Numbered from the stretch's first letter, positions 15,720-24,908 are shown. The stretch is DNA of 64,000 bases from Patescibacteria group bacterium (GCA_040386275.1 JAZKFU010000009.1:22367-86366); one strand, 5' to 3'. The notes: generated by a model from the letters alone, not told the origin. A program made the numbers and translations.

Positions 15720-16187
15720 ATGATGGACGCAGTAGTAGACTATATCAACCGAACGTTACGGAAAGATAGTGTCGCAGTTATGATTCAAGCACACGATGGG
15801 TCCCAATACATCGTTGACAGGAATCATTTTGTGACCAGAGCGGGAAGAACCATTGCTCACAAAGGGCATGTGGAAACGATTGCCAAAGCAGCGATGCGGG
15901 TCATGCGGTACCTGGATAAAGAGGTAACTGAAAAAGATTTTGAGGTCTTTAAACCTCGCAACCTCGGCCCAAACCGAACCCACTTCGTTGTGTGGTTTCC
16001 TTCTTCTGACGTGTTTAAAGTTGATGATGTTGCCTGGAAGCAACATCTGTTTGCTGTTGAAGATGAGCATTTATTTACCCGCGCGCAACTGCGGGCGATA
16101 CACTTTGTTTCTAGTGAAGCTCGTAATCTTCATGAACAACGGCAACTTCCAGTCGCTGACTATCATCTCGTGATGAAAGCGGGCTAA
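15720..16187 (+). CDS. hypothetical protein (island gene B)
   Basis: 155-aa ORF; translation-initiation region gagaaagggacagagaATG resembles that of gene C. Confidence 0.45.
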   Translation: MMDAVVDYINRTLRKDSVAVMIQAHDGSQYIVDRNHFVTRAGRTIAHKGHVETIAKAAMRVMRYLDKEVTEKDFEVFKPRNLGPNRTHFVVWFPSSDVFKVDDVAWKQHLFAVEDEHLFTRAQLRAIHFVSSEARNLHEQRQLPVADYHLVMKAG

Positions 16188-16311
16188 CAACAACACGGCA
16201 TCCGAATAACTTCGGGTGCTGCTTTTTTTATACAGTCATTTTTCCGGACATAGAGAATAGTGTGCTATAACGTACTAAGCGGAAGAAGTTCATCATGGAG
16301 AGGGGACAGAG

Positions 16312-16863
16312 ATGAAAGCTATGCTGGCACCTATGATTGGGAATCCCGACCGACCACTACCGCGGAGTATGTTCGTTCAAGGAATTCGTAACACCGTTAT
16401 GGTGGGCGTAGTCAGTCAAGACAATGGCTTTGCGGTTATCAAACCCATGCGAGACCCAACTGGTCGTGTTTGGATTCCACCGCAGGGTCCCATTGGTCAC
16501 AAACGTTCTTTGTTTGCTGCCGGCCGTCACGTACTGCGGGAAGAGATTCCTTCATTAAAGCGACCACACCGTCATGCCATTCCCATCATTGATTGGGACA
16601 GCGCTTTCTACGCAGGCTCGGCCATTAACGAGCATGCTCGTAGTGGTTACTGCAAAATGGTGCATGTAGTGTTGTTCCGGACGAATACGGCACGCTTGCC
16701 GACACTGCGTAGTAATGGCTCGGACGCCAGTGCCGCCCAGTGGGTGTTCTCAAATGAAATGTTGCACCATGTGCTTAAAAGTACCCATGACACCAATCCT
16801 GTAAAAGCCCACCTGGTCATGGAGGCAGCCTGGGCCGCAAAAGAAAAAGGATGGCTCCACTAA
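16312..16863 (+). CDS. hypothetical protein (island gene C)
   Basis: 183-aa ORF; translation-initiation region gagaggggacagagATG. Confidence 0.45.
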   Translation: MKAMLAPMIGNPDRPLPRSMFVQGIRNTVMVGVVSQDNGFAVIKPMRDPTGRVWIPPQGPIGHKRSLFAAGRHVLREEIPSLKRPHRHAIPIIDWDSAFYAGSAINEHARSGYCKMVHVVLFRTNTARLPTLRSNGSDASAAQWVFSNEMLHHVLKSTHDTNPVKAHLVMEAAWAAKEKGWLH

Positions 16864-16988
16864 ATGAATCAAACCTAACGCCGGTTGCATTAATAGCAAC
16901 CGGCACCCAACTAAGTCCCTCATCAGGGGACTTTTGTTATTTTTTAATACTTTGCTATAGTGCATCCGGACTGGAACAAGAGGGATAT

Positions 16989-17414
16989 ATGATGACAGAA
17001 GTAACCATGTACGTGGGACAGGCACTAACCGACGCACCTGATTCGTTTCGAGTGGATTTCCAAAACGAGCTCAAGGTAGCATTGCGAAAGTTGCCGGAGG
17101 TAACAGTTCTTGATTTTGTGGGGCTTGAAAATGGTACGGCGCAGGATGTCTATCTTCATGATAGAAAATGTACCACCAGCGCCACATTGTGTGTTTTTAT
17201 TGTTGATTACGCCTCCATTGGGTTGGGTATGGAGATTATGATTCGACATCACGCGGGTGGACCTGTGTTATTTTTTGCCAAGACTGGCCGAAAGGTAACG
17301 CGGATGCTCACGGGGTACATTGAGTGTATGGATCAAACATTGACCCGGTATAACGAGGTCGAGGATATCATCGTTGTGGTGAAAGAATATCTTCAGCACA
17401 CTGAAACTCATTGA
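16989..17414 (+). CDS. hypothetical protein (island gene D), possibly nucleoside 2-deoxyribosyltransferase-like fold
   Basis: Start taken at the internal MMTEVTMYVGQ (the ORF track's 16851 start overlaps gene C); the pattern YVGQ...D...FIVDYASIGLGMEI...GGPVLFF resembles the NDT/LOG-like Rossmann signature. Confidence 0.35.
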   Translation: MMTEVTMYVGQALTDAPDSFRVDFQNELKVALRKLPEVTVLDFVGLENGTAQDVYLHDRKCTTSATLCVFIVDYASIGLGMEIMIRHHAGGPVLFFAKTGRKVTRMLTGYIECMDQTLTRYNEVEDIIVVVKEYLQHTETH

Positions 17415-17453
17415 ATTAAAAGAAGCGCCCCATACAGGGACGCTTCTTTCTTT

Positions 17454-17963
17454 TTATTTTCGAACGTAGTCTACCCACTGAAACGATAGTCCTGCGTGTT
17501 CTTGAATGGGGTGTTCGGTAGCAATTGTAAAATCACTTTCGAACTCGGGGAAGGTTGTGTCACCCTCAGCATCATCGTTATAGAGTGTTAGGTAAATTTT
17601 ATCGACATAGGGAAGCGCTTGTTCGTACATCTGCGCCCCTCCACCAATATGAATTTCACTCGGGTTTTCTTTGGAGGCTACGGTAAATGCTTCCTCAAGT
17701 GAGGTGGTCGTGGTAGCTCCTGGGTAGGAGTAGCTTGCGTCACGCGTCACAATGATATTGGTTCTGCCTGGTAATGGTTTGCCTAAAATAGCAATAATCG
17801 ATTCAAAGGTTTTTCTACCCATAATGATAGGGTGGCCCAGGGTCAGAGCTTTAAAGCGTCGCAAATCGGCAGGGACGTGCCAGAGGAGGTCATTTCCTTG
17901 GCCAATGGCTCGTGTATGGCGACCCATGCCAGCCACGATAATAACGGGTGTATTGTGAGTCAT
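17454..17963 (-). CDS. folA: dihydrofolate reductase
   Basis: IIVAGMGRH..IG....LLWHVP.DLRRFKALTLGHPIIMGRKTFESI and the GRTNIIVTRD motif. Confidence 0.85.
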   Translation of the reverse strand: MTHNTPVIIVAGMGRHTRAIGQGNDLLWHVPADLRRFKALTLGHPIIMGRKTFESIIAILGKPLPGRTNIIVTRDASYSYPGATTTTSLEEAFTVASKENPSEIHIGGGAQMYEQALPYVDKIYLTLYNDDAEGDTTFPEFESDFTIATEHPIQEHAGLSFQWVDYVRK

Positions 17964-18001
17964 ATTAGACTGCAGTATACTACGAGAAATAAAAAATCAA
18001 T

Positions 18002-18541
18002 ATGGCAATAAATGCAGGCATTTTTGGAGACAAGACCAGTTTTGACCACCGGTATATTCCTGACCACGACAAGCTTGAAACTTCAGTAAAGCTTTGGAAA
18101 CAACTGGGATTAAAAATTGTTCTTACCTCAGGTACCTTTGATTTATTTCATATTGGCCACGCGCAGTATTTAGAGAAAGCAAAAGAGCTCGGGGACGTCT
18201 TGATTGTGGGGGTAGACAGTGATGCTCGGGTAAAAAAGCGAAAAGGTCCTGATCGTCCGGTAGTACCAGACTCGGAACGAGTACTTATTTTATCGCACGT
18301 TCGGCATGTTGATGTAGTGACGATTAAAAATGTAGATGATCCGAGCAATCATTTAATTAAACTTATCAAGCCTGACGTACTTATTGTTTCTGAATCAACC
18401 AAACATGCTGATAATGAGGTGGATGAAAAAGCGCAATATTGTGGTGAAATAATAGTGCTTGAACCCCAAGCGACCACGAGTACGAGCGCCAAACTGCGTA
18501 TGATTCAAATTGGAAAAGAAGAAGGTCTCGCGCACGGTTAG
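18002..18541 (+). CDS. cytidylyltransferase-superfamily nucleotidyltransferase (RfaE domain II / HldE-like adenylyltransferase)
   Basis: TSGTFDLFHIGHAQYL (HxGH motif), GDVLIVGVDSD and KGPDRPVV..SERVLILSHVRHVDVV. Confidence 0.65.
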   Translation: MAINAGIFGDKTSFDHRYIPDHDKLETSVKLWKQLGLKIVLTSGTFDLFHIGHAQYLEKAKELGDVLIVGVDSDARVKKRKGPDRPVVPDSERVLILSHVRHVDVVTIKNVDDPSNHLIKLIKPDVLIVSESTKHADNEVDEKAQYCGEIIVLEPQATTSTSAKLRMIQIGKEEGLAHG

Positions 18542-18542
18542 T

Positions 18543-19388
18543 ATGATTGCAATTTGTCACATTCCGGTAGTTCATCGCGGGTACTTAGATTTTGTCCGAA
18601 CGTGCGAGGCGAAGGGAGTGACAAAATTGTTTTTGGTTGATTTACAATTTCTCTCACCCTATGATGAATTTGATTACTTGGTGCGAAAGAATAGTTTGCA
18701 TGCATTATCGGCGACTGATATTAAACAGGCGCTCGAACAGTACACTAATATCCCCGTAGTAATTTTAACTGACGAAACAGTAGCCGAAGTAGAAAACGGC
18801 GACGTCGAAATTTTGATGCCAAAGGAAGATATCAGTACGTTCTTGGCAGAAAAATATTTAGCTGGTCGAACCATACAGTTTGAAAATGTTTTCTTGCGGT
18901 GGAATCGCGAAAACTTGGGAGAAACAAAAGAACCAGATGTGCAAGCAAGTGATTTGCCAGAGTTTGTAACAACTGTTTTTCATCAAGTGCTTGAAGAGGC
19001 GACAAAAAGTGCGGATTGGTGGCGGAGTGTCGGTGCGGCCTTAGTCAAAAATGGGGAAGTGATAGCGCTTGCCCATAACGACCACATGCCGTTTGAACAG
19101 CTTCCTAATGTATTTGGCGATGCTCGGGCCTTATTTAAAAAAGGTATCAACATTAACTACGCTACTTCTGCCCATGCAGAGGTCGGGGTAATTGCCGAGG
19201 CGGCTCGCAAAGGCATTTCACCCCAAGGCGCGGAATTATTTTTAACGGATTTTCCGTGCCCGTACTGTGCTCGTTTGATAGCGAAAGCTGGTGTTAAAAA
19301 AATTTATTTCCTCAAGGGATACGCGGTGTTAGAAGGAGATGAGTTTTTAAAGGGGGAAGGGGTGGAGCTGATACAAGTTGGATTATAA
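18543..19388 (+). CDS. dCMP/cytidine deaminase-family protein with an approximately 140-aa N-terminal extension
   Basis: C-terminal zinc-deaminase motifs HAEVGVI and PCPYC; the start is placed at the ATG 2 nt after the upstream stop. Confidence 0.7.
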   Translation: MIAICHIPVVHRGYLDFVRTCEAKGVTKLFLVDLQFLSPYDEFDYLVRKNSLHALSATDIKQALEQYTNIPVVILTDETVAEVENGDVEILMPKEDISTFLAEKYLAGRTIQFENVFLRWNRENLGETKEPDVQASDLPEFVTTVFHQVLEEATKSADWWRSVGAALVKNGEVIALAHNDHMPFEQLPNVFGDARALFKKGININYATSAHAEVGVIAEAARKGISPQGAELFLTDFPCPYCARLIAKAGVKKIYFLKGYAVLEGDEFLKGEGVELIQVGL

Positions 19389-19430
19389 AAATAAGGACCG
19401 AGGCGGAATGTTCCGCCTCGGTCTGATTTT

Positions 19431-20108
19431 TTAAAACTGCTCATCATGATGCAGGGCGTGCGAACGGATATACTGTTCGCGAGTCATGTCTGGTTCGTAA
19501 GCTTTCAAGTACCCGAGCAGTCGCCCGTGGTCCTTTTTCCAGCCAGCCAAATTTTTGTACACAGCCGGCCTGATTTCATCGAGACCATTGGGCTCATCAA
19601 CATTTTCATGCAGGTGACCGATGACAGTGCCGCCGTTGAAGATTGCGGAACCCCAGCGAGTGTAGTTGGCCCCACCTGTTCCTTCTGCAAAGCAGCCAAA
19701 TTTCTCCATCAAGTATCTGCGACAGCGGTTCATACCGAGCGACTCAGCGTCAGTCAGAACAGGATTTGCAGTGTGACGCTTGAGTACAATCACAAACTTT
19801 TTCGCCAACGCGCCTTGGTGACGGTTGAATCCTCCTGGGGGAATGAATGCAAAACAGCTGGCGTTGTCGAAGATGATTTCTCCTTTGAGAAGGGCGGGGT
19901 TGCAAAAGACACACCGTTCCTTTGTATTCATTCCAGCGTGCAGCATGTCGTAGAATGCACCGGGCGTATTGGTGCGTCCCAGGGCAATGACATATTCGAG
20001 TGTCAGGCCGGGAATGGTCGGCCAGCCGAATCCTTCATGAATCATCAGGGTCGGTGTATCACCGCTTGGGGAGTCTATAGACAAGTCATTTCTCCTTGCT
20101 TTGGGCAA
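19431..20108 (-). CDS. HIT-like superfamily protein (putative nucleotide hydrolase/transferase)
   Basis: CVFCNP Cys pair and a GHLHENV histidine-triad-like motif; weak. Confidence 0.4.
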   Translation of the reverse strand: MPKARRNDLSIDSPSGDTPTLMIHEGFGWPTIPGLTLEYVIALGRTNTPGAFYDMLHAGMNTKERCVFCNPALLKGEIIFDNASCFAFIPPGGFNRHQGALAKKFVIVLKRHTANPVLTDAESLGMNRCRRYLMEKFGCFAEGTGGANYTRWGSAIFNGGTVIGHLHENVDEPNGLDEIRPAVYKNLAGWKKDHGRLLGYLKAYEPDMTREQYIRSHALHHDEQF

Positions 20109-20206
20109 TACTACCCAGTTTCAATCTGCCGCTACAATACAACAATTTGCGTAAAAAACAAGCTTACGGTACTCTACAAATGGAAGCTCAACTTGGAGGA
20201 ATAGTA

Positions 20207-20755
20207 ATGTCTGCACTGCCTAAATCTAAGCCGATGTCTGACACTGAAGTGGTGTTATACGAAGGCATTCACAACATTGTCACTGTTATCATCGGAGAAA
20301 ATTTGTACGACCGTCGTCAAGTTATTATGAAAAATACTGGCCTACAAAGTGCAGGTGCTACTTTGTGGGGTGTGTCGGCCGGTGTCGTCGATCCATCAAC
20401 GGGTCGCAAAATGTTGTGCAAGAGCAGTATTCCTATCATGCCAGCTGATGCGGAAGTGATGGGTACTCGTATTGCTGATCGTTTCTTCAGGGTCGCAGTC
20501 GATGATTATCTCGAGCACTTTCGTTTTGAAGCTTGGTGCGAGCACAATCCTTACAATGGGGCCATGACCATTGTGCGGATGATTTGCCCGCAGGGTCCTG
20601 ATAAATGGTTGATTGGTGGCGGTATGGACAATACCGTTGAATATCGAGGGGAATTTGCTCGGATGCCGCAGTGGGCAAAAGACATCGCCTACAAAAACTT
20701 TGGCGGTTGGATTGGTACTGTAGGGGCAAACCTCGGTCCGCTTGTGACTAAATGA
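20207..20755 (+). CDS. hypothetical protein
   Basis: Start moved to the Met preceded by a GGAGGA RBS (MSALPKSK...); the ORF-track start at 20096 lacks an RBS. Confidence 0.45.
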   Translation: MSALPKSKPMSDTEVVLYEGIHNIVTVIIGENLYDRRQVIMKNTGLQSAGATLWGVSAGVVDPSTGRKMLCKSSIPIMPADAEVMGTRIADRFFRVAVDDYLEHFRFEAWCEHNPYNGAMTIVRMICPQGPDKWLIGGGMDNTVEYRGEFARMPQWAKDIAYKNFGGWIGTVGANLGPLVTK

Positions 20756-20799
20756 AAATACATTGGCCGCTTCAATATGAAGCGGCCAATATTTTATTT

Positions 20800-21267
20800 T
20801 TACACAACTTTCTTATAACTCAACTTCACCTTCAGACCTTCGGTGTCTTCTGCTTTTCGTACACCAGTTATTAATTGTGCGTGGAGGTGTTCGACACTAC
20901 TGCCGTTGTAGCCTCCTTCACCAAACCGCATAAAGAAACCGCCACCCGGGATTTTATATTCGTTAATGACCCAGTCCACTAAATCAAATAGTTCGATGCG
21001 ACTTTCAGGAGTGAGGTCCGACGGAACGGTAATGTGCGCTGGTTTATACACAAAAATATAGTGTTGAGTTGTCCCTTCATAGGGGCTCATGTTTTCCGTT
21101 AAAAACCAAGATTCAGTTTCTTTAAGAATTGGTTTCGGGTGGTACTGTCTAAAATGTGCCTCACAAAACGGACAGACTCCATCGGCTTCAATTTGGGCCA
21201 TTAACTTTTTTTGCTCCTCAGTTCGAGCTTCCTTGTGGTCGAGGCCAGCGTCAGGAGTAAAAGACAT
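20800..21267 (-). CDS. HIT-family protein (HxHxQ variant) with a CxxC zinc motif
   Basis: GVCPFCE and VEHLHAQLI. Confidence 0.55.
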   Translation of the reverse strand: MSFTPDAGLDHKEARTEEQKKLMAQIEADGVCPFCEAHFRQYHPKPILKETESWFLTENMSPYEGTTQHYIFVYKPAHITVPSDLTPESRIELFDLVDWVINEYKIPGGGFFMRFGEGGYNGSSVEHLHAQLITGVRKAEDTEGLKVKLSYKKVV

Positions 21268-21270
21268 ACT

Positions 21271-22185
21271 TTATATAGCCACTGGAATATCCTTCATCGC
21301 CTCACCGGCATGATAATCATCTCCGAGGGTGAAGTCAGTGTTACGGAATTCGGTAAAGGTGGTGGTTGGATTATCGAGTGTCACCGTTGGGAATGGGAAG
21401 GTTTCGCGCTTAAGGAATTCCTCTACCTTTGGAATTTGGTCTACATAAATGTGGGCATCAGAAATAGTGTGGATGTACTCACCAACTTCATAGCCGGTTA
21501 CTTGCGCCAGCATCATGGTGAGGGCAGCATACTGAATCATGTTAGACGGTACTCCAATTGGTACGTCACCTGACCGTTGGAACATATGCAAGTTTAATTT
21601 TCCGTTTAAGATACGGATATGGAGCCAGCCGTGGCAGGGGCACACCACTACTTTCTGCTGACGACCTTCAACCCGCGCGGTGTACTGCGGAACCCAGGGA
21701 GAAATAAAGTGTGTCTTTAAATGAGGTCGTTCTTTAATTTGTTGGATAATGTGCTTGAATTGATCGTATGATTCACCTTCGGCGGTAGGGAAGTCGTGAA
21801 AGGCAGCACCATATGAACCCGGACCAAGGTCGCCTTCTTCGAGTCCACGCTTGGCACACTTTTCTTTAGTGACCCAGGCTGCCCAAAACTTGCATCCGTA
21901 TTCCTCGAGTTCTTTCTGTGTTCGAGCACCATTAGCGAAACCAATAATTTCACCCACTGCCTGTTTCCAAAATCCCTTTACACTTCGTTCAGTAATCATC
22001 GGAAAACCATTGCTTAAATCAAAACGCATTGGATTAGCTCCGAATAGCGTAATGCAGTCAGTTCCGTCAGGATTTTCGGCACTGGTACCAGCTTGGCTTT
22101 GTGAACGAATCCCTTTATCTAAAATAGTTTGTAAAAGTTGCTTGTATTGGAGGTCAGGTGTGCGCTCGTTATATGGTTTCATCAT
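21271..22185 (-). CDS. thyA: thymidylate synthase (ThyA)-family protein, divergent
   Basis: Catalytic Cys in CPCHGW, FQRSGDVPIGVPSNM (Q-R-S-D and N) and DAHIY; the start is set at MMKPY. Of the usual YGFQWR and SRR motifs, the two Arg-containing tails are replaced (YGAAFH, LKTHFISPW). Confidence 0.75.
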   Translation of the reverse strand: MMKPYNERTPDLQYKQLLQTILDKGIRSQSQAGTSAENPDGTDCITLFGANPMRFDLSNGFPMITERSVKGFWKQAVGEIIGFANGARTQKELEEYGCKFWAAWVTKEKCAKRGLEEGDLGPGSYGAAFHDFPTAEGESYDQFKHIIQQIKERPHLKTHFISPWVPQYTARVEGRQQKVVVCPCHGWLHIRILNGKLNLHMFQRSGDVPIGVPSNMIQYAALTMMLAQVTGYEVGEYIHTISDAHIYVDQIPKVEEFLKRETFPFPTVTLDNPTTTFTEFRNTDFTLGDDYHAGEAMKDIPVAI

Positions 22186-22252
22186 AGGACCTAATAATAC
22201 TGTATTTGTATATAAAGTGTAACTTTGGGAACCTGGTATACTATTTTGTAAT

Positions 22253-22678
22253 ATGCAGATACGCATAAAAAAACTAGCCCCCACCGCTATCATGCCTAGC
22301 TTTGCTCATACAAGTGATGCCGGGATGGACCTTTTTACTTTAGAGTCTATAGAAATAAGAGCGGGAACACGAATACTGATACCTACCGGTCTCTCTATGG
22401 CCATTCCGGAAGGATACGTAGGCTTAATTTGGGATAAAAGTGGTTTATCAAATAAAGGGGGATTAAAAGTTTTGGGGGGAGTTGTTGATGCGGGATATCG
22501 GGGGGAGATTTTAGTAGGGTTATTAAATACTTCAGATGCTGACTATATCTTTGAAGCTGGCCAAAAAATTGCCCAAATGATAATTCAAAAAGTTGAACAC
22601 CCAGAGTTTATAGAGGTTTCTGAGCTTGATAGCACAGAGAGGGGAAATGGGGCATTTGGAAGTACCGGTGTATACTAG
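22253..22678 (+). CDS. dut: dUTP diphosphatase
   Basis: AGMDL, GLIWDKSGLS, GVVDAGYRGEI and a C-terminal ERG..GFGSTG motif. Confidence 0.9.
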   Translation: MQIRIKKLAPTAIMPSFAHTSDAGMDLFTLESIEIRAGTRILIPTGLSMAIPEGYVGLIWDKSGLSNKGGLKVLGGVVDAGYRGEILVGLLNTSDADYIFEAGQKIAQMIIQKVEHPEFIEVSELDSTERGNGAFGSTGVY

Positions 22679-22696
22679 TGAGATAATATTTTTGAT

Positions 22697-23389
22697 ATGA
22701 GCACGGCAAAATTAATTGTGATTGACGGTGGAGCGAACGTGGGGAAAGCGACCCAGGCGGACATGTTAATGAATCGATTAATTGCAGAAGGGTACCAAGT
22801 CGGAAAAATTGATTTTCCACGGTACAGTCAAAACTCTATTGGGCACTTTATTCGAGAATGTTTAGACGGAGAAGAAGATAAGTTTGCTGAGCTTGATCCA
22901 CGGATTGTGGCGATGGTGTACGCGATTGATCGATTTGAATCTAAAAAACAAATTGAAGAATGGATGGAAGAAGGACGTATCATTATTTTTGACCGGTACG
23001 TGAGTTCCAACATGATGCACCAGGGTGCAAAAGTGCATGACGCCGATGCTCGTGAAGAATTCTTTTCGTGGGTGGAACATTTGGAATACGATATTTTAGG
23101 ATTGCCACGACCTGATATGACGATTTATTTGGATATTCCACCCCAGGATAGTCAAAAGTTACTAGAGTACATTGAAGACATTGGTGTGACTGTAGTTGAT
23201 CCCAAAGAAAAAGATAAACTCCACCAGGCAAAGGTTTCAAAATGTGCGAGTTATCTAGCAAACACGCACAACCAATGGGTAACAGTGCCTTGTGTGACTG
23301 ATGGGGCCTTACGTCTCCGGGAAGAAATTCACGAAGAAGTGTACACTGCGGTAAAGGCCAATATTCCAGCGCCTCACGCAACGGTATAA
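22697..23389 (+). CDS. tmk: thymidylate/deoxynucleotide kinase-family protein with an atypical P-loop
   Basis: IVIDGGANVGKATQ (Walker-A-like) and the DRY motif (IIFDRYVSSNMMHQG). Confidence 0.6.
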   Translation: MSTAKLIVIDGGANVGKATQADMLMNRLIAEGYQVGKIDFPRYSQNSIGHFIRECLDGEEDKFAELDPRIVAMVYAIDRFESKKQIEEWMEEGRIIIFDRYVSSNMMHQGAKVHDADAREEFFSWVEHLEYDILGLPRPDMTIYLDIPPQDSQKLLEYIEDIGVTVVDPKEKDKLHQAKVSKCASYLANTHNQWVTVPCVTDGALRLREEIHEEVYTAVKANIPAPHATV

Positions 23390-23540
23390 TTGAATTAAGG
23401 AGTAAAAGATGGAGAAAAAATTGCCCGGGTTTGAACCCGGGCAATTTTTTGATGGGGTGATATACTGTACTAAATATTTTTGCCTATGATTTAAGCTCCC
23501 GTACAATTTCTGAAGATTATATAAATTTTAAGTTTTAACT

Positions 23541-24809
23541 ATGCAAAATTACGATTTCATTAAAGCGCAGGATCCAGAATTGTACGCGACGTTAATTGGA
23601 GAAGAAGCTCGAGAAGCCCGGGGTATAGAATTAATCCCTAGTGAGAACTATGTTTCGCGCGCTGTCTTGGAGGCTAATGGTTCAGTATTCACGAATAAAT
23701 ATTCCGAGGGGTATCCTGGGAAGCGATACTACGGTGGGCAACAGTACACCGACATGATGGAGAGTATCACGATTGAACGTGCAAAAAAGTTATTTAAAGC
23801 AAACTATGCAAACGTGCAGCCATTAGGAGGAGCGGCCGCTAACGTAGCGATGTACTTTGCGCTTATGGAACCAGGAGACACCGTATTAGGTATGGACCTG
23901 AGTCACGGTGGACACCTTACCCACGGTCACCCTACGACAGCAATTAACAAAGTCTTTAACTTTGTCCGCTACAAAATGAAGGACGTTGATACGGGAGAAA
24001 TTGATTATGAAGCATTGCGACAGACTGCACTTGAACATAAGCCAAAAATTATTTTGGCAGGATTTTCTGCGTATTGTCGCGAGCTTGATTACCAAAAATT
24101 TGTTGATATCGCGCGTGAAGTAGGAGCGTACGCGGTAGCCGACGTAGCGCATATTACCGGACTGATTGCCGGAGGGGTAGCCAAGAACCCGTTTGATTAT
24201 GGGTTTGATGTAATGACGATGACCACACATAAATCTCTTCGTGGTCCACGAGGAGGAATGATTGTCGTGCGCGAGAGTGAAGAGATTGCTAAAAAAATTA
24301 ACAAGGCAGTATTCCCCGGAATGCAGGGTGGGCCACACATGCATATTATTGCGGCCAAAGGAGTTGCCTTTGGTGAAGCACTAACTCCACAATTTAAAGT
24401 GTACGCAGCCCAAATTCTAAAAAATGCTAAAGCCATGGAAGCGGTCTTTAAAGCGCACAACGTACGATTGCTTTGTGGAGGAACTGATAATCACATGTTA
24501 CTGGCGGACGTGTTTGGCAGTCTTGGTATAACCGGTCAAGAAGCAGAAACTGTTTTGGATAAGGTTGGGATTACGCTTAACAAAAATATGATTGCTGATG
24601 AAACTCGTACTGCTATGGATCCTTCAGGAATTCGCTTCGGCACGCCAGCCATGACCACACGCGGCATGATGGAAGGGGAAGCCACCAAGCTCGCTGAAAT
24701 TATGATTACCACCATGAAAGCTAAAGATGATTTGGTGAAGATTAATGAGTTGCAAAATGAGGTGCAGGCTCTTTGCGAAGCGCATCCCGTCCCCGAAAAG
24801 TTCGTCTAA
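23541..24809 (+). CDS. glyA: serine hydroxymethyltransferase
   Basis: LIPSENYVS.AVLEA.GS..TNKYSEGYPGKRYYGG and the PLP-lysine region THKSLRGPRGG. Confidence 0.95.
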   Translation: MQNYDFIKAQDPELYATLIGEEAREARGIELIPSENYVSRAVLEANGSVFTNKYSEGYPGKRYYGGQQYTDMMESITIERAKKLFKANYANVQPLGGAAANVAMYFALMEPGDTVLGMDLSHGGHLTHGHPTTAINKVFNFVRYKMKDVDTGEIDYEALRQTALEHKPKIILAGFSAYCRELDYQKFVDIAREVGAYAVADVAHITGLIAGGVAKNPFDYGFDVMTMTTHKSLRGPRGGMIVVRESEEIAKKINKAVFPGMQGGPHMHIIAAKGVAFGEALTPQFKVYAAQILKNAKAMEAVFKAHNVRLLCGGTDNHMLLADVFGSLGITGQEAETVLDKVGITLNKNMIADETRTAMDPSGIRFGTPAMTTRGMMEGEATKLAEIMITTMKAKDDLVKINELQNEVQALCEAHPVPEKFV

Positions 24810-24814
24810 AAATA

Positions 24815-24908
24815 GCGCATTTCTGCGTTGCAGCTGCGGCAAAACTTTACTCACCGTACAAGAAGTACGGCTCGCAAACTTTTCCTTGTGCGCCTTGAAC
24901 TGCATCTA
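24815..24908. repeat. intergenic repeat family B, copy 2
   Basis: ctgcgttgcagctgcggcaaaactttactcaccgtac aagaa gtacggctcgcaaacttttccttgtgcgccttgaactgcatc. Confidence 0.75.

Noticed and set aside
16312-16863. Nudix-hydrolase assignment for island gene C
   Set aside because: A REE-containing stretch (GRHVLREEIP) looked Nudix-like, but the Gx5Ex7REUxEExGU box cannot be aligned without losing the first Glu. It is left as hypothetical.
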